From a virus (lineage: Duplodnaviria; Caudoviricetes), in IMG/VR virus record IMGVR_UViG_3300042970_000025: a stretch of DNA of 64,000 nucleotides; one strand, 5' to 3'. The translations under genes and the position numbers were made by a program. Shown here piece by piece: positions 18,789 through 28,018 of the stretch. The notes below the pieces were generated by a model, which saw only the letters and a list, made by a program, of their open reading frames with translations, did not search any database and was not told the origin of the DNA. The first letter of the stretch is position 1, and every line of letters starts with the position of its first letter.

Positions 18789-19643
18789 TTAAATGAACTG
18801 TTTCATGAGATCGAGTCTCTTTTCGAGGTCATCGACCCGGTGTAAGTGAGAAGTATCATTTGTCTGCGGAATCTGAGATTCCTTTTCCGCAGGGTGGTGC
18901 TTTGCGTAATCGCAGAGTTTTTTGTTGATAGCGGCAGCGATCTGATGGCGGGAGAAGAGCATGCCGGAAGGCAGATCTACATTCTCCGCCGGATTCTCTT
19001 CCTGTCCATCAGGGTGATCCTTGCCTTGATCCGGCTCGGGTACCGTTTTGGTATTGTAGAGTTCATCGCGAGAAGTCACGCCATCTGCAAAGTGAAGCTC
19101 GACCGCTTTGCCGGCGTCCATCCAGGTCTCCTCATCCATGAGCCTCGAGAGCTTGTTTCTGGAAAGGCCGGTCTTTTCCTGGTAGGCGTTGATGATAGAA
19201 GCCTTCACTTCAGAAAGCATTTCGATTGCCTTCTGCATCTCTGCTGTATCACCCATCGCAATAGTTGAAGGGTTATGGATCATGATCATTGAAACAGGGG
19301 AGACGAGAACCTCATCGCCTGCCATTGCAATGACCGATGCTGCCGATGCGGCAAGCCCATCAATTTTTACGGTGACCTTTCCTTTGTAGTCACGGAGCAT
19401 GTTATAGATTTGTGCTGCCGCAAAGCAGTCACCTCCAGGGCTGTTCACCCAGACCGTGATATCACCCGTGCCGCTTTCAAGGTCGGAACGAAAAAGAGCC
19501 GGGGTGACATCATCGTCAAACCAGCTCTCTTCAGCAATTGTACCGTTTAAAAACAGCGTCCTTGATTCAGTTACTTCGTTTGGATTGTTTGGAGCGGGTG
19601 TTTTGTTTCTTACCCATTTCCAGAACTTCTTCTGTGGATTCAT
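18789..19643 (-). CDS. Head maturation protease, ClpP-like
   Basis: NSPGGD, IDGLAASAASVIAMAGD, MIHNP, ETWM.A..AVE..FAD. Start at MNPQKKFW. Confidence 0.93.
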   Translation of the reverse strand: MNPQKKFWKWVRNKTPAPNNPNEVTESRTLFLNGTIAEESWFDDDVTPALFRSDLESGTGDITVWVNSPGGDCFAAAQIYNMLRDYKGKVTVKIDGLAASAASVIAMAGDEVLVSPVSMIMIHNPSTIAMGDTAEMQKAIEMLSEVKASIINAYQEKTGLSRNKLSRLMDEETWMDAGKAVELHFADGVTSRDELYNTKTVPEPDQGKDHPDGQEENPAENVDLPSGMLFSRHQIAAAINKKLCDYAKHHPAEKESQIPQTNDTSHLHRVDDLEKRLDLMKQFI

Positions 19644-20904
19644 CCGAGTCCTCCTTTTCTTCTGATGTTGTATTCTGCGTGTAGGCGGAGCCTGCATCTT
19701 TCAGTTTCACGACATTTCCGTTTAAGATGTGAAGGTTGCCGCCTTCCTCGTCGGAAAGCAGATCCATGTTTTCAAGTTCCCGGACATCGTTGATGGAGTA
19801 GATGCCATTCTGGATGCCGGTCGCGTATCCGCTCATCCGGCTGCTGTAGTCACCACGGAGCAGGCCGTCCACGTTAAAGCGGATGAAGTAGTTATCCTTT
19901 TCTTCTGGGAGAAGGAGGGAACGCTGCATGGACTGCTCCCAGCGGGCGAGCCAAGGTTCCAGGGTGTAGGTCACAAATTCCAGTGACTGTTCCTCGATAT
20001 TCGAAAACGTCGCGTGCTCAAGGTCCCCAATAAGGTGAGGTGGAATCCGAAAGATTCTCGCGATCTCATCGAGCTGGAACTTACGCGTTTCTAAAAACTG
20101 CGCCTGCTCCGGTGAAATGGAGATTGGCGTATACGTCATGCCTTCTTCAAGAATTGCCACCTTGTTTGCTTTGTGGCTTCCTCCGAATCCTGCCTCCCAG
20201 GAGGAGCGGATCTTTTCCGGGTCCTTCACGGTTCCTGGCATGGAAAGCACGCCAGATGGATTCGCGCCGTTCTTAAAGAAGGACGCACCGTATTCTTCGG
20301 TTGCCATTGCCATGCCAATGGAGTTTTTCGCCATCGCAATCGGGGAGTAGCCGACAAGGCCGTCAAATCCAAGTCCAGGTACATGCAGCACTTCGCTTGG
20401 AGAAAGCCTCACCGTTCCGGTTTTCATGGTAGGAGCATCCGATGTATTCATCTGGTACTCATAGTAAATGTGACCGTTTTCATCACGGTCGACTTTCATA
20501 CGGTTTGCCATAAGCGGATAGAGGCTGGCGACTTCACCGCGACCGTTCCGGATTATCTGTGCGTAGGCATTGCCCCATAGCAGGAGGTGCGTCATCAGCG
20601 TTTCCCTGAAGATATACGAAGTCATTTCTGGATTCGGTTCATCATGTAGAATCCTATATAGGGGATGTTTTAACGCCTTAGTCTTACTGCCCTCGTCTGC
20701 ATATTCATAAAGGTGCAGCGGCAAACTTGCGATAGCCTCTGATAAAACTCTTATGCAAGCATAAACTGCAGATATCTGCATAGCAGAACGTTCTGTTACG
20801 GTGTTTCCGGAAGTTGTGCCGCCAAAGTAATATCTGTAGCCAGACCCGTTCGTGGAATCTTGCGGCTTGTCTCTTGATTTAAATAGCTTTGAAAATACAC
20901 TCAT
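19567..20904 (-). CDS. Portal protein (HK97 family)
   Basis: AVYACIR.LSE.IASLP, LLLWGNAY, GLVG.SPI, QFLETRKF, IARIFRIPPH. Confidence 0.95.
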   Translation of the reverse strand: MSVFSKLFKSRDKPQDSTNGSGYRYYFGGTTSGNTVTERSAMQISAVYACIRVLSEAIASLPLHLYEYADEGSKTKALKHPLYRILHDEPNPEMTSYIFRETLMTHLLLWGNAYAQIIRNGRGEVASLYPLMANRMKVDRDENGHIYYEYQMNTSDAPTMKTGTVRLSPSEVLHVPGLGFDGLVGYSPIAMAKNSIGMAMATEEYGASFFKNGANPSGVLSMPGTVKDPEKIRSSWEAGFGGSHKANKVAILEEGMTYTPISISPEQAQFLETRKFQLDEIARIFRIPPHLIGDLEHATFSNIEEQSLEFVTYTLEPWLARWEQSMQRSLLLPEEKDNYFIRFNVDGLLRGDYSSRMSGYATGIQNGIYSINDVRELENMDLLSDEEGGNLHILNGNVVKLKDAGSAYTQNTTSEEKEDSDESTEEVLEMGKKQNTRSKQSKRSN

Positions 20905-21617
20905 ACGATATCCTCCATTCTATTTCTGAGACATCCCTGTTCACCTTTATTAGGAAAGTTCAGACAGGCAAAATTGCCAAAATAAAAGCGAGCGGCTTCA
21001 TCATAAGCCCTCGCTGCGTCTTCAGCTGTGTCATAATAGCCAAGATGTTTAGTTTTGTCGTGCAGACTGATGTATGCCCGATATTTTCCTCTATCCTTCC
21101 TGTAACTGACTCCTTTAAACCCAGATGAGTTATGGCTTGGCAGCCGCATATTCCTGATATTTTGTATTGGGGTAGCTACTCTTAGGTTACACCGTCTGTT
21201 GTCTCTTGGGTTCCCGTTGATATGATCAACATAATTACTGTCACCGATTCCAAGAAGGTACCGTGTAAGTCTTACGTTCTTTTCTTTAATTCTGGCAATC
21301 GCATATCCATATTTGTCTATATACCAGCAATGCTTCTCAATTGCTTGCCGATCGCTTGTATCAAAAATAAAAAAGTCACCGTTTTCTGTGACATAACGTA
21401 AGTGATCATTGTCAGATTCAATGCGACAGCAATGGCAACATGTCGTCTGTCTGCCGCTAATCAGAAGTTTTCTGCAGACTTTTACATGATTTCCGCAATC
21501 GCATGTGCAGTTGTAGAAACTTCGGCGTTTCTTTTCGTTTGCATAGAAATCGGATCCAGCATATGAATCCACATGTAGTTTTCCAAACCTGCATCCGACA
21601 ACATCGTTAACATCCAT
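20901..21617 (-). CDS. HNH-AP2 homing endonuclease
   Basis: C.CDCG, VDHINGNPRDNRRCNLR, NSSGFKGVS...YRAYI...HLGYYDTAEDAARAYD..A (AP2). Start at MDVNDVVG after GAGGTG. Confidence 0.9.
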   Translation of the reverse strand: MDVNDVVGCRFGKLHVDSYAGSDFYANEKKRRSFYNCTCDCGNHVKVCRKLLISGRQTTCCHCCRIESDNDHLRYVTENGDFFIFDTSDRQAIEKHCWYIDKYGYAIARIKEKNVRLTRYLLGIGDSNYVDHINGNPRDNRRCNLRVATPIQNIRNMRLPSHNSSGFKGVSYRKDRGKYRAYISLHDKTKHLGYYDTAEDAARAYDEAARFYFGNFACLNFPNKGEQGCLRNRMEDIV

Positions 21618-21627
21618 ATGAATCACC

Positions 21628-23229
21628 TCACAGAAATAAAATACCGTGCTCATCATAAACAGATGAGCCGTCATCGTTACCGCCACGGAGTGCACGGTCA
21701 AGCCCCATCACTAGAGCAATTGCTCCGTCAATCTTTTCCGTTGATTTTTCCTTATCCATCTTGATATTGCCTGCTGGGTCACGCCGGATAAAGATGTTGT
21801 CCATCATCCAGCGAAGCACAGGATGACCACCGTGGGCGATCCTTTGTTCCAACGTTAACTTCATGAGTTCTTTTGTGGGACCGGTCATATCTTTGAACCC
21901 CTGTCCGAATGGAACGACCGTAAATCCCATGCCCTCAAGGTTCTGGACCATCTGAACTGCTCCCCAGCGGTCGAAGGCAATCTCCCGGATATTGAATCGT
22001 TCACCAAGGTTTTCGATGAACTTCTCGATGAATCCGTAGTGGATGACGTTTCCTTCTGTTGTTTCTAAGTATCCTTCCTTCTCCCAAAGATCGTATGGCA
22101 CATGATCTCTCCGAACCCTGAGGTCCACATTATCTTCCGGAATCCAGAAGTAGGGGAGCACGACATATTTGTCTGTCTCGTCTCTTGGAGGAAAAACAAG
22201 AACGAATGCCGTGATATCTGTAGTGGAGGAGAGGTCAAGACCACCATAGCAGACGCGGCCTTCCAGGTCATCTTCATCCACAGAAAATGCACAGGCATCC
22301 CACTTGTCCATCGGCATCCAGCGGACGGCCTGCTTCACCCATTGGTTCAGCCGAAGCTGCCGGAAGGCGTTCTCTTCACCGGGGTTCTGCTTTGCTGAGT
22401 TGCAGGCAGCTTGTACTTTATCGATGCCGACCGTGATGCCAAGAGAAGGATTCGCCTTTTTCCAGACCTTTGGATCGGTCCAATCCTCAGATTCTTCAGC
22501 GCCGTAGATCACCGGATAGAAGGTGGGATCGATTTTCCTACCTTCGATGATATCAAGCGCCTTCTGATGGACTTCGTAGCAGATGCTGTTCGTATCCGTT
22601 CCAGCGGTCGTAATCAAAAAGTATAGTGGCTGCGTTCTGGCGTCGCCGGATCCTTTCGTCATAACGTCGTAGAGCTTCCGGTTCGGCTGCGTATGCAGCT
22701 CATCAAAAATGACGCCACTGGTATTAAATCCATGCTTGTTCGCCACATCTGCAGAAAGTACCTGATAGGTGCTGTTAGTTGGAAGGTAGATGAGCTTCTT
22801 CTGGGATTCCAGAATCTTCACCCGCTTATCAAGAGCAGGGCAGAGGCGCACCATATCGACAGCCACGTCATAGACAATCTTTGCCTGGTTTCGGTCCGCT
22901 GCGCAGCCGTAAACTTCAGCACGCTCTTCTCCGTCCCCGCAGGTAAGAAGCAAGGCGACCGCTGCGGCAAGCTCAGACTTGCCTTGTTTCTTTGGAATTT
23001 CAATGTAGGCCGTGTTGAACTGCCGGTAGCCATTCGGCTTTAGGATTCCGAAGACGTCGCGGATAATCCGTTCCTGCCAGTCGATCAGTTCAAAGGGCTT
23101 TCGGTACCAACTGCCTTTGGTATGACGGAGACTTTCGATAAATAGCACGGCATAGTCTGCGGCGTCCTTGCTGTACTTTGAGTCTTCTGCCATGAAACGT
23201 GTCGGCTTGTAATTCTTTAGTTTTCGCAT
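21628..23229 (-). CDS. Terminase large subunit
   Basis: IPKKQGKSEL (Walker A), FDELH, ITTAG, GLDLSSTTD, EKIDG. Start at MRKLKNY. Confidence 0.95.
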   Translation of the reverse strand: MRKLKNYKPTRFMAEDSKYSKDAADYAVLFIESLRHTKGSWYRKPFELIDWQERIIRDVFGILKPNGYRQFNTAYIEIPKKQGKSELAAAVALLLTCGDGEERAEVYGCAADRNQAKIVYDVAVDMVRLCPALDKRVKILESQKKLIYLPTNSTYQVLSADVANKHGFNTSGVIFDELHTQPNRKLYDVMTKGSGDARTQPLYFLITTAGTDTNSICYEVHQKALDIIEGRKIDPTFYPVIYGAEESEDWTDPKVWKKANPSLGITVGIDKVQAACNSAKQNPGEENAFRQLRLNQWVKQAVRWMPMDKWDACAFSVDEDDLEGRVCYGGLDLSSTTDITAFVLVFPPRDETDKYVVLPYFWIPEDNVDLRVRRDHVPYDLWEKEGYLETTEGNVIHYGFIEKFIENLGERFNIREIAFDRWGAVQMVQNLEGMGFTVVPFGQGFKDMTGPTKELMKLTLEQRIAHGGHPVLRWMMDNIFIRRDPAGNIKMDKEKSTEKIDGAIALVMGLDRALRGGNDDGSSVYDEHGILFL

Positions 23230-23343
23230 GGCCAAGGGTCGTTCACTTCCTTTGTGGCATAAAAATAACCGCATTGCTGCGGCCTTCGTTTCATCTATTC
23301 TGTACGAGAAACAGAGCCCTAAGCTCCGCTTCCTTTTGTTTTC

Positions 23344-23571
23344 TTAGTTATATTCGTGAATCAGGATTCCGTAGGCCAGCTGGCTTGCTTCATCCTCCGG
23401 CTCGATATCCCAGCCTCTGTCGTAGTTCAATGTGGTTTTTCCATCCACCTTGATCATCAACTTGCTGATTCTTCCTCCGTCGATGCCGTAGTCTTCGCTC
23501 GGCTCTTCATAATGCTTTATCCAGTAATTACAAATCGTGTTTTCAATCTCGATGCTTCCCTTGCTCCACAT
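23344..23571 (-). CDS. Small conserved phage protein (DUF7678-like)
   Basis: YGIDGGRISKL.I.......NYDRGWD..P motif; own RBS and upstream motif. Confidence 0.65.
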   Translation of the reverse strand: MWSKGSIEIENTICNYWIKHYEEPSEDYGIDGGRISKLMIKVDGKTTLNYDRGWDIEPEDEASQLAYGILIHEYN

Positions 23572-23614
23572 AGTTTTCTTCCTCCTTGCTTTGTGCGCTT
23601 TTCTTTTGGTATGT

Positions 23615-23646
23615 GTATATTCGCTCTGATGCGCACATATAGCAAG
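23615..23646 (-). promoter_or_regulatory. Bipartite motif copy
   Basis: CTTGCTAT-atgtgcgcatc-AGAGCGAATATAC. Confidence 0.65.
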
Positions 23647-23728
23647 CGGTATCTTTCGGATATGAAGTATTTATTCATAGACTTCCTGTACGAGAAAAAG
23701 CCCGTTTATGGGCTCCTTCCGGCATCCT

Positions 23729-24163
23729 TTAGCAGATGCTCATCTTGAAGGCATGCGCCTTTTCGTAGCCTTCTCCGAAGAAGGCTCTCCGAACGTTTAC
23801 CTCGATCATCTCGCCGATCCTGCAGCCGGCTTCTTTGAAAAGCCAGAGGGTTTCAACCGCGTCGGTTGCCTGGCAGGAGTAGGTGAATTCCTTGATTCCG
23901 TTTTCCTTAAGGCAGGCTGTGATGGCTTCCACATCCCGATCCCAGATGACGTCGTCGAAGTTTAGGATTTCGTTCTCGTTGTCTTTTGACTTCTCAAAGG
24001 CTCTCCAGATGGTGTAGGCGACATCTCCCTGGTTTCTGAGTTTATCCATCGCTGCGTTTGCGGTTTCCCTTGCGATGTCTCTTTCTTCTGCGGTTTCCGC
24101 TTTGTCATAAGCTTTCTTTGCTTCCTGGATGGTTCTGTAGGTTTCTTCGAAAATGTTCTTCAT
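23729..24163 (-). CDS. Conserved phage protein (DUF7698-like)
   Basis: NEILNFDDVIWD.DVE.I...LKENGIKEFT.S motif; RBS GGAGG. Confidence 0.65.
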   Translation of the reverse strand: MKNIFEETYRTIQEAKKAYDKAETAEERDIARETANAAMDKLRNQGDVAYTIWRAFEKSKDNENEILNFDDVIWDRDVEAITACLKENGIKEFTYSCQATDAVETLWLFKEAGCRIGEMIEVNVRRAFFGEGYEKAHAFKMSIC

Positions 24164-24203
24164 GGTTTGCCTCCGTTTGTTTGGTGTGTTTCTTTTGTTA
24201 GTG

Positions 24204-24235
24204 TATATATCACTCTAAACGGATGTAATAGCAAG
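24204..24235 (-). promoter_or_regulatory. Bipartite motif copy
   Basis: CTTGCTAT-tacatccgttt-AGAGTGATATATA. Confidence 0.65.
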
Positions 24236-24262
24236 TCATTTATCGGAGAAAATGTGTATTTT

Positions 24263-24457
24263 TCAGGCGTTTTCGCTATCTCCATGAAGAATGAAATGGA
24301 CGTATTCTCTGCGGTGAAATGTGAGGTAGAGGACCAAGTCGTAGAAATCCCGCTCGTAGGCGAGACGCTGCACCATGTTCAAGTCGAACATGTTCGTAAG
24401 GCCGGTGCCTTGGATCGCGAGAATCTGTTCTTTTACTTTTTTGTCCATGTCATTCAC
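24263..24457 (-). CDS. DUF5049-like small protein
   Basis: EQILAI..TGLTNMFD...VQ.LA......LV..L......Y..FIL.G. Confidence 0.75.
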   Translation of the reverse strand: MNDMDKKVKEQILAIQGTGLTNMFDLNMVQRLAYERDFYDLVLYLTFHRREYVHFILHGDSENA

Positions 24458-24674
24458 CGACCTTTCTTACGATGTCCTCACCGTAGATCACATTCAAGCC
24501 AGAACCGTCGTCCCAGCTGACAAGCAGGGAACCGGTGTCGTCAATGCCGTTGACCGTGCCACACGTTCCTTCAGGTGGTGCTTGGACATCGTCCATCTGA
24601 AGAAGCTCCACGCGGGTTCCGTCAGGGTACTGTTTTCTTAAGTCTTCAAGCTGCTCTGCACTGATCGTTCTCAT
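24450..24674 (-). CDS. DUF4314-like protein
   Basis: YP.GTRVEL..MDD.QAPP.GT.GTV..IDD.GS..V.WD.GS.L....GED. Confidence 0.8.
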   Translation of the reverse strand: MRTISAEQLEDLRKQYPDGTRVELLQMDDVQAPPEGTCGTVNGIDDTGSLLVSWDDGSGLNVIYGEDIVRKVGE

Positions 24675-25336
24675 GCCTGCACCTCCGTTTCCGGAGCGCC
24701 GTTTTTCCAGCTGGAATTTCCGGAGAGATTCTCAAGCAGGATTTTCCGTTCCTTCTTGTACTCTGATCCGATGAATCCGAGCCGAAGAAGGAAGCAGCGG
24801 AACGTGTACTTCTCATTGGTTACCGGCATCTCTCTGCTGCTTGCCCGCTTAAGTTCCTTAGTGAGTTTACAGAGCTTGGAAATGAAATCCGTATAGGCTT
24901 TCGCTTCCTCTGCCTCCGGCATTTCAGAAAACCATGGGAATGCAATCCGGTCTTCCTTAATCTCAAACCCAAGGTCACTGATCCCAAGGGCATGACGGAT
25001 CAGCGTTCCTTTTGCCTGAAGGATGTTGGAAAGGTTGCCGACGCTTACTTTATCGAGCGGAACCTCGATGGTAAGTCCGCATTTTTCTTCCTCGACCTTT
25101 TCGTCCTCAACATTGTCTGATGGTACAAAGGCGACTTTCTTCAGTTCTTCTTCGATGTGACGGAGCTTTTCTTCATCTTCGCAGAATACGGTTCCGGTTT
25201 TATCCACCGTGACATCACCGATCTTGTAGGCGCAGGTCGGCATGTACTGGTACTCGGATACATCTCCGGTGATCCGGCAGATCTCTGTAACCAGGGATTT
25301 CCGTTCTTCTCCTGTTGCGTTATAGCTTAATTTCAT
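24671..25336 (-). CDS. Conserved phage protein ('virulence-related protein' family)
   Basis: RKSLV..I, FPWF, NEKYTFRCFLLRLGFIG.EYK..RKILL.NLSGNS. Start at MKLSY. Confidence 0.75.
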   Translation of the reverse strand: MKLSYNATGEERKSLVTEICRITGDVSEYQYMPTCAYKIGDVTVDKTGTVFCEDEEKLRHIEEELKKVAFVPSDNVEDEKVEEEKCGLTIEVPLDKVSVGNLSNILQAKGTLIRHALGISDLGFEIKEDRIAFPWFSEMPEAEEAKAYTDFISKLCKLTKELKRASSREMPVTNEKYTFRCFLLRLGFIGSEYKKERKILLENLSGNSSWKNGAPETEVQA

Positions 25337-25374
25337 GTTGCGTACCTCCTTGTGATGTGTTCTTTTGGTACGTA

Positions 25375-25406
25375 CATATATCGCTCTAAAAGCCTTAAAT
25401 ATCAAG
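25375..25406 (-). promoter_or_regulatory. Bipartite motif copy
   Basis: CTTGATAT-ttaaggctttt-AGAGCGATATATG. Confidence 0.6.
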
Positions 25407-25423
25407 CTTTATGTGAGAATTCT

Positions 25424-26686
25424 TCAGGCGGTTTCGACTTCTTTGACCAGGTCAGAATATGGGATTTTCTTCCCGCCACGTTCGACAAACACGTGCTCGG
25501 AATCACCGGTATCTTCCACGTATCGACGGAGGATGACCGATGCGTATTTCGGGTCGAGTTCCATTGTCATGCAGGTCCGGTTCATCTGCTCGCAGGCCAT
25601 CATCGTGGAACCGGAGCCACCGAAGGTGTCGAGCACGATCGCGTTTTCCTGACTGGAATTTTTGATCGGGTAGGAGAGAAGATCAAGCGGTTTAGATGTC
25701 GGATGGTCCTTGTTACGTTTCGGTTTGTCGAAGTTCCAGATCGTCGTCTGTTTCCGGTCAGAGTACCACGGATGTCTGCCATTCTGTAAGAATCCGTAAA
25801 GGATCGGCTCATGCTGCCACTGATAATCCGACCTTCCAAGTACCAGTGAGTTCTTTACCCAAATACACACACCGGCTAAGTGAAATCCTGCATCGATGAA
25901 GGCCTTCCGGAAGTTGAGCCCTTCCGTATCTGCATGAAACACATACGCAGCACCACCTTTCTCTAAGTGATCCGCCATGTTGGTAAATGCAGCAAGCAGG
26001 AACTGATAAAATTCATCGCCTTTTAAGCTATCGTTTTCAATCGTAAGTCCGTCGGACGCCTTGAACGAGACTCCATACGGCGGATCCGTTACGATAAGGT
26101 TTGCGGTCTTATCACCCATAAGTGTATCTACATCTTCAGAGAAAGTAGCGTCTCCGCAGAGCAGCCGGTGCTTTCCGACTGTCCAGAGATCACCTTTTTC
26201 TACGAAGGAGGCTTTCTCAAGAGCAGCAGTCAGATCGAAATCATCGTCCTTTGCACCTGTATCATCGGGATTCATCATCAGTTTTTCCAGATCCTTTTCA
26301 TCGAATCCGAGAAGCGACAGATCATAGTCGTCAGCCTGAAGATCAGATAGTTCTACAGAGAGCATGTCCTCGTCCCATCCGGCATTTAAAGCCAGCTGAT
26401 TGTCAGCGAGGGTATAGGCACGCTTCTGGGCATCGGTCAACCATTTTTCTTTCACGCACGGTATCTTTTTAAGTCCAAGCTGCTGTGCCGCATAGTACCT
26501 GCCGTGACCACAGAGAATCGTATTGTCATCCGATACAACTATTGGAGAAAGGAAGCCAAATTCCTTAATTGATGCGGCGATCTGAGCGATTTGTTCCTTG
26601 GAGTGTGTTCTGGCGTTTCTGGCGTATGGTATGATCGTATCTATATCAGCGAGATAGTACTGTGTTTGCTTTTCTTCGTTATCCAT
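25424..26686 (-). CDS. ParB-domain N4/N6 DNA methyltransferase
   Basis: PYARNAR.H...GF..PI...GHGR (ParB), TDPPY, HPTSKP, LDTFGGSGST. Confidence 0.92.
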   Translation of the reverse strand: MDNEEKQTQYYLADIDTIIPYARNARTHSKEQIAQIAASIKEFGFLSPIVVSDDNTILCGHGRYYAAQQLGLKKIPCVKEKWLTDAQKRAYTLADNQLALNAGWDEDMLSVELSDLQADDYDLSLLGFDEKDLEKLMMNPDDTGAKDDDFDLTAALEKASFVEKGDLWTVGKHRLLCGDATFSEDVDTLMGDKTANLIVTDPPYGVSFKASDGLTIENDSLKGDEFYQFLLAAFTNMADHLEKGGAAYVFHADTEGLNFRKAFIDAGFHLAGVCIWVKNSLVLGRSDYQWQHEPILYGFLQNGRHPWYSDRKQTTIWNFDKPKRNKDHPTSKPLDLLSYPIKNSSQENAIVLDTFGGSGSTMMACEQMNRTCMTMELDPKYASVILRRYVEDTGDSEHVFVERGGKKIPYSDLVKEVETA

Positions 26687-27274
26687 TTATCGTCCTTTCC
26701 GTGAGCGGAGGAGCTGCTCCATCGTGTCATTCGGATTATCCGTAAACTCCTCGGTGCAGTTCTGCTTTACGATGTCATAAATCTCCATCCAGATCAGGTT
26801 GGCGGATTTCTGAAACTGAGAAGCCATCTGAACGAAGGGGGAGGAGATTACGCCGCCAGTCGTCGGGTGCTTGCCGAGGAGTCCGTAGGTCGATATCGCA
26901 TCTTCGCACTGAATGTATCTGGCGAAGTTCTGTGCATAGGACTCGATGAGACGCTTGTTCACGAGATTCTCGCAGTGACGTTTCTTGAGCCAGAGCCAGG
27001 TTTCTTTGTAGATGGCGTCCGCGCCGAGCGGCTTGCCATTTTTCTGCTTTGCGGACAGATACTCATCAGGCTTCGGCATGTCGGCTCCTTGAAGCACAGC
27101 GCCTTCCGGAAGATCCACGGCATCCAGTTCTTCTGGTTCGAGATCCGGAATGTCATTTCTCATGATCAGAGGTCTCTGTCCTTTTGCTATTTTCTCAGCG
27201 GCAGATGCCGGTTTGTCACCGGCACGTATTCGTCTGCCGCCGCGGTAGGTTCCATCTCTTGCCACGCTTTTCAT
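26687..27274 (-). CDS. Terminase small subunit (P27-like)
   Basis: RGGRR..AG.K N-terminus, KHPTTG....SPFV; located just downstream of the cos region. Confidence 0.8.
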   Translation of the reverse strand: MKSVARDGTYRGGRRIRAGDKPASAAEKIAKGQRPLIMRNDIPDLEPEELDAVDLPEGAVLQGADMPKPDEYLSAKQKNGKPLGADAIYKETWLWLKKRHCENLVNKRLIESYAQNFARYIQCEDAISTYGLLGKHPTTGGVISSPFVQMASQFQKSANLIWMEIYDIVKQNCTEEFTDNPNDTMEQLLRSRKGR

Positions 27275-27299
27275 CTCCTTTCTGAAGTTGGCAGGGTTT

Positions 27300-27392
27300 A
27301 ATCACCCGTTTGAACCGGAAAAAATTCACGCGATAGGGGGCGCCGGTCTTTTGGCTGATTGCCTTTAGAGATTCAGACCGCCCCTACCGACA
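27300..27392 (-). other. Putative cos/packaging initiation region
   Basis: GC-rich GGTAGGGGCGGTC..AATCTCT...GACCGGCGCCCCCT..CGCGTG between the HNH gene and terS, the usual cos position in HK97-like phages. Confidence 0.5.
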
Positions 27393-27409
27393 GAATATTA
27401 TCATTTTGA

Positions 27410-27438
27410 TTGACAACGTAAACCAAACGGGCTATAAT
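27410..27438 (+). promoter_or_regulatory. Perfect consensus sigma70/sigmaA promoter of the TA operon
   Basis: TTGACA-17 nt-TATAAT. Confidence 0.9.
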
Positions 27439-27462
27439 CTGAGCTGAAAGGAGATGATTTAT

Positions 27463-27735
27463 ATGTCTACAGTTCCAACTCAGATCCGTATTGATTCCGG
27501 TGTCAAAAAGCAGGCGAACGAACTCTTTAATGAACTCGGTCTGGATATGTCCGGCGCTGTCAATATTTTCTTAAGACAGTGCATTATGAGAGGCGGACTT
27601 CCTTTCAAGGTTGAGGTTCCACAGTACTCTAAAGAATTGCTCAGCGCTGCCGATGAGGCAAAGCGCATTTCCCGTGACCCTGACGTGCCGGGATACACCA
27701 GCATGGAAGATCTTAAGAAAGCTCTTGAAGCCTGA
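27463..27735 (+). CDS. dinJ: RelB/DinJ-family antitoxin
   Basis: IRID..VK.QA..LF..LGLDMS.AVNIFLRQ.....GLPF. Confidence 0.9.
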   Translation: MSTVPTQIRIDSGVKKQANELFNELGLDMSGAVNIFLRQCIMRGGLPFKVEVPQYSKELLSAADEAKRISRDPDVPGYTSMEDLKKALEA

Positions 27736-28017
27736 ATGAACTTAAACGTCAAATTTACTTCGGCTTATAAGAAAAGCTATAAGCTGATGAAGAAGCGTGG
27801 GCTGGACCTTTCTCTTCTTGATGACGTCATCAACACTTTACGTCAGGGTAAAGCACTGGAGGAGAAGTACCATGACCACGAACTGAAGGGAAAACTCAAA
27901 GGCTTCCGTGAATGTCATATTCAGCCGGACTGGCTTCTCGTCTATCTGATAGAGAACGACATCCTCACACTGACATTGGTAGACACTGGAAGCCATGCGG
28001 ATCTCTTTAACATGTAA
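27736..28017 (+). CDS. yafQ: YafQ-family mRNA interferase toxin
   Basis: YKKSYKL..KRG, DHELKG...GFRECHIQPDWLLVY, TGSHADLF. Confidence 0.92.
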   Translation: MNLNVKFTSAYKKSYKLMKKRGLDLSLLDDVINTLRQGKALEEKYHDHELKGKLKGFRECHIQPDWLLVYLIENDILTLTLVDTGSHADLFNM

Positions 28018-28018
28018 C

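Noticed and set aside
23300-25406. CRISPR array or integron attC array
   Set aside because: Repeats are short, degenerate, promoter/terminator-like and separated by whole genes; no cas or integron integrase present.
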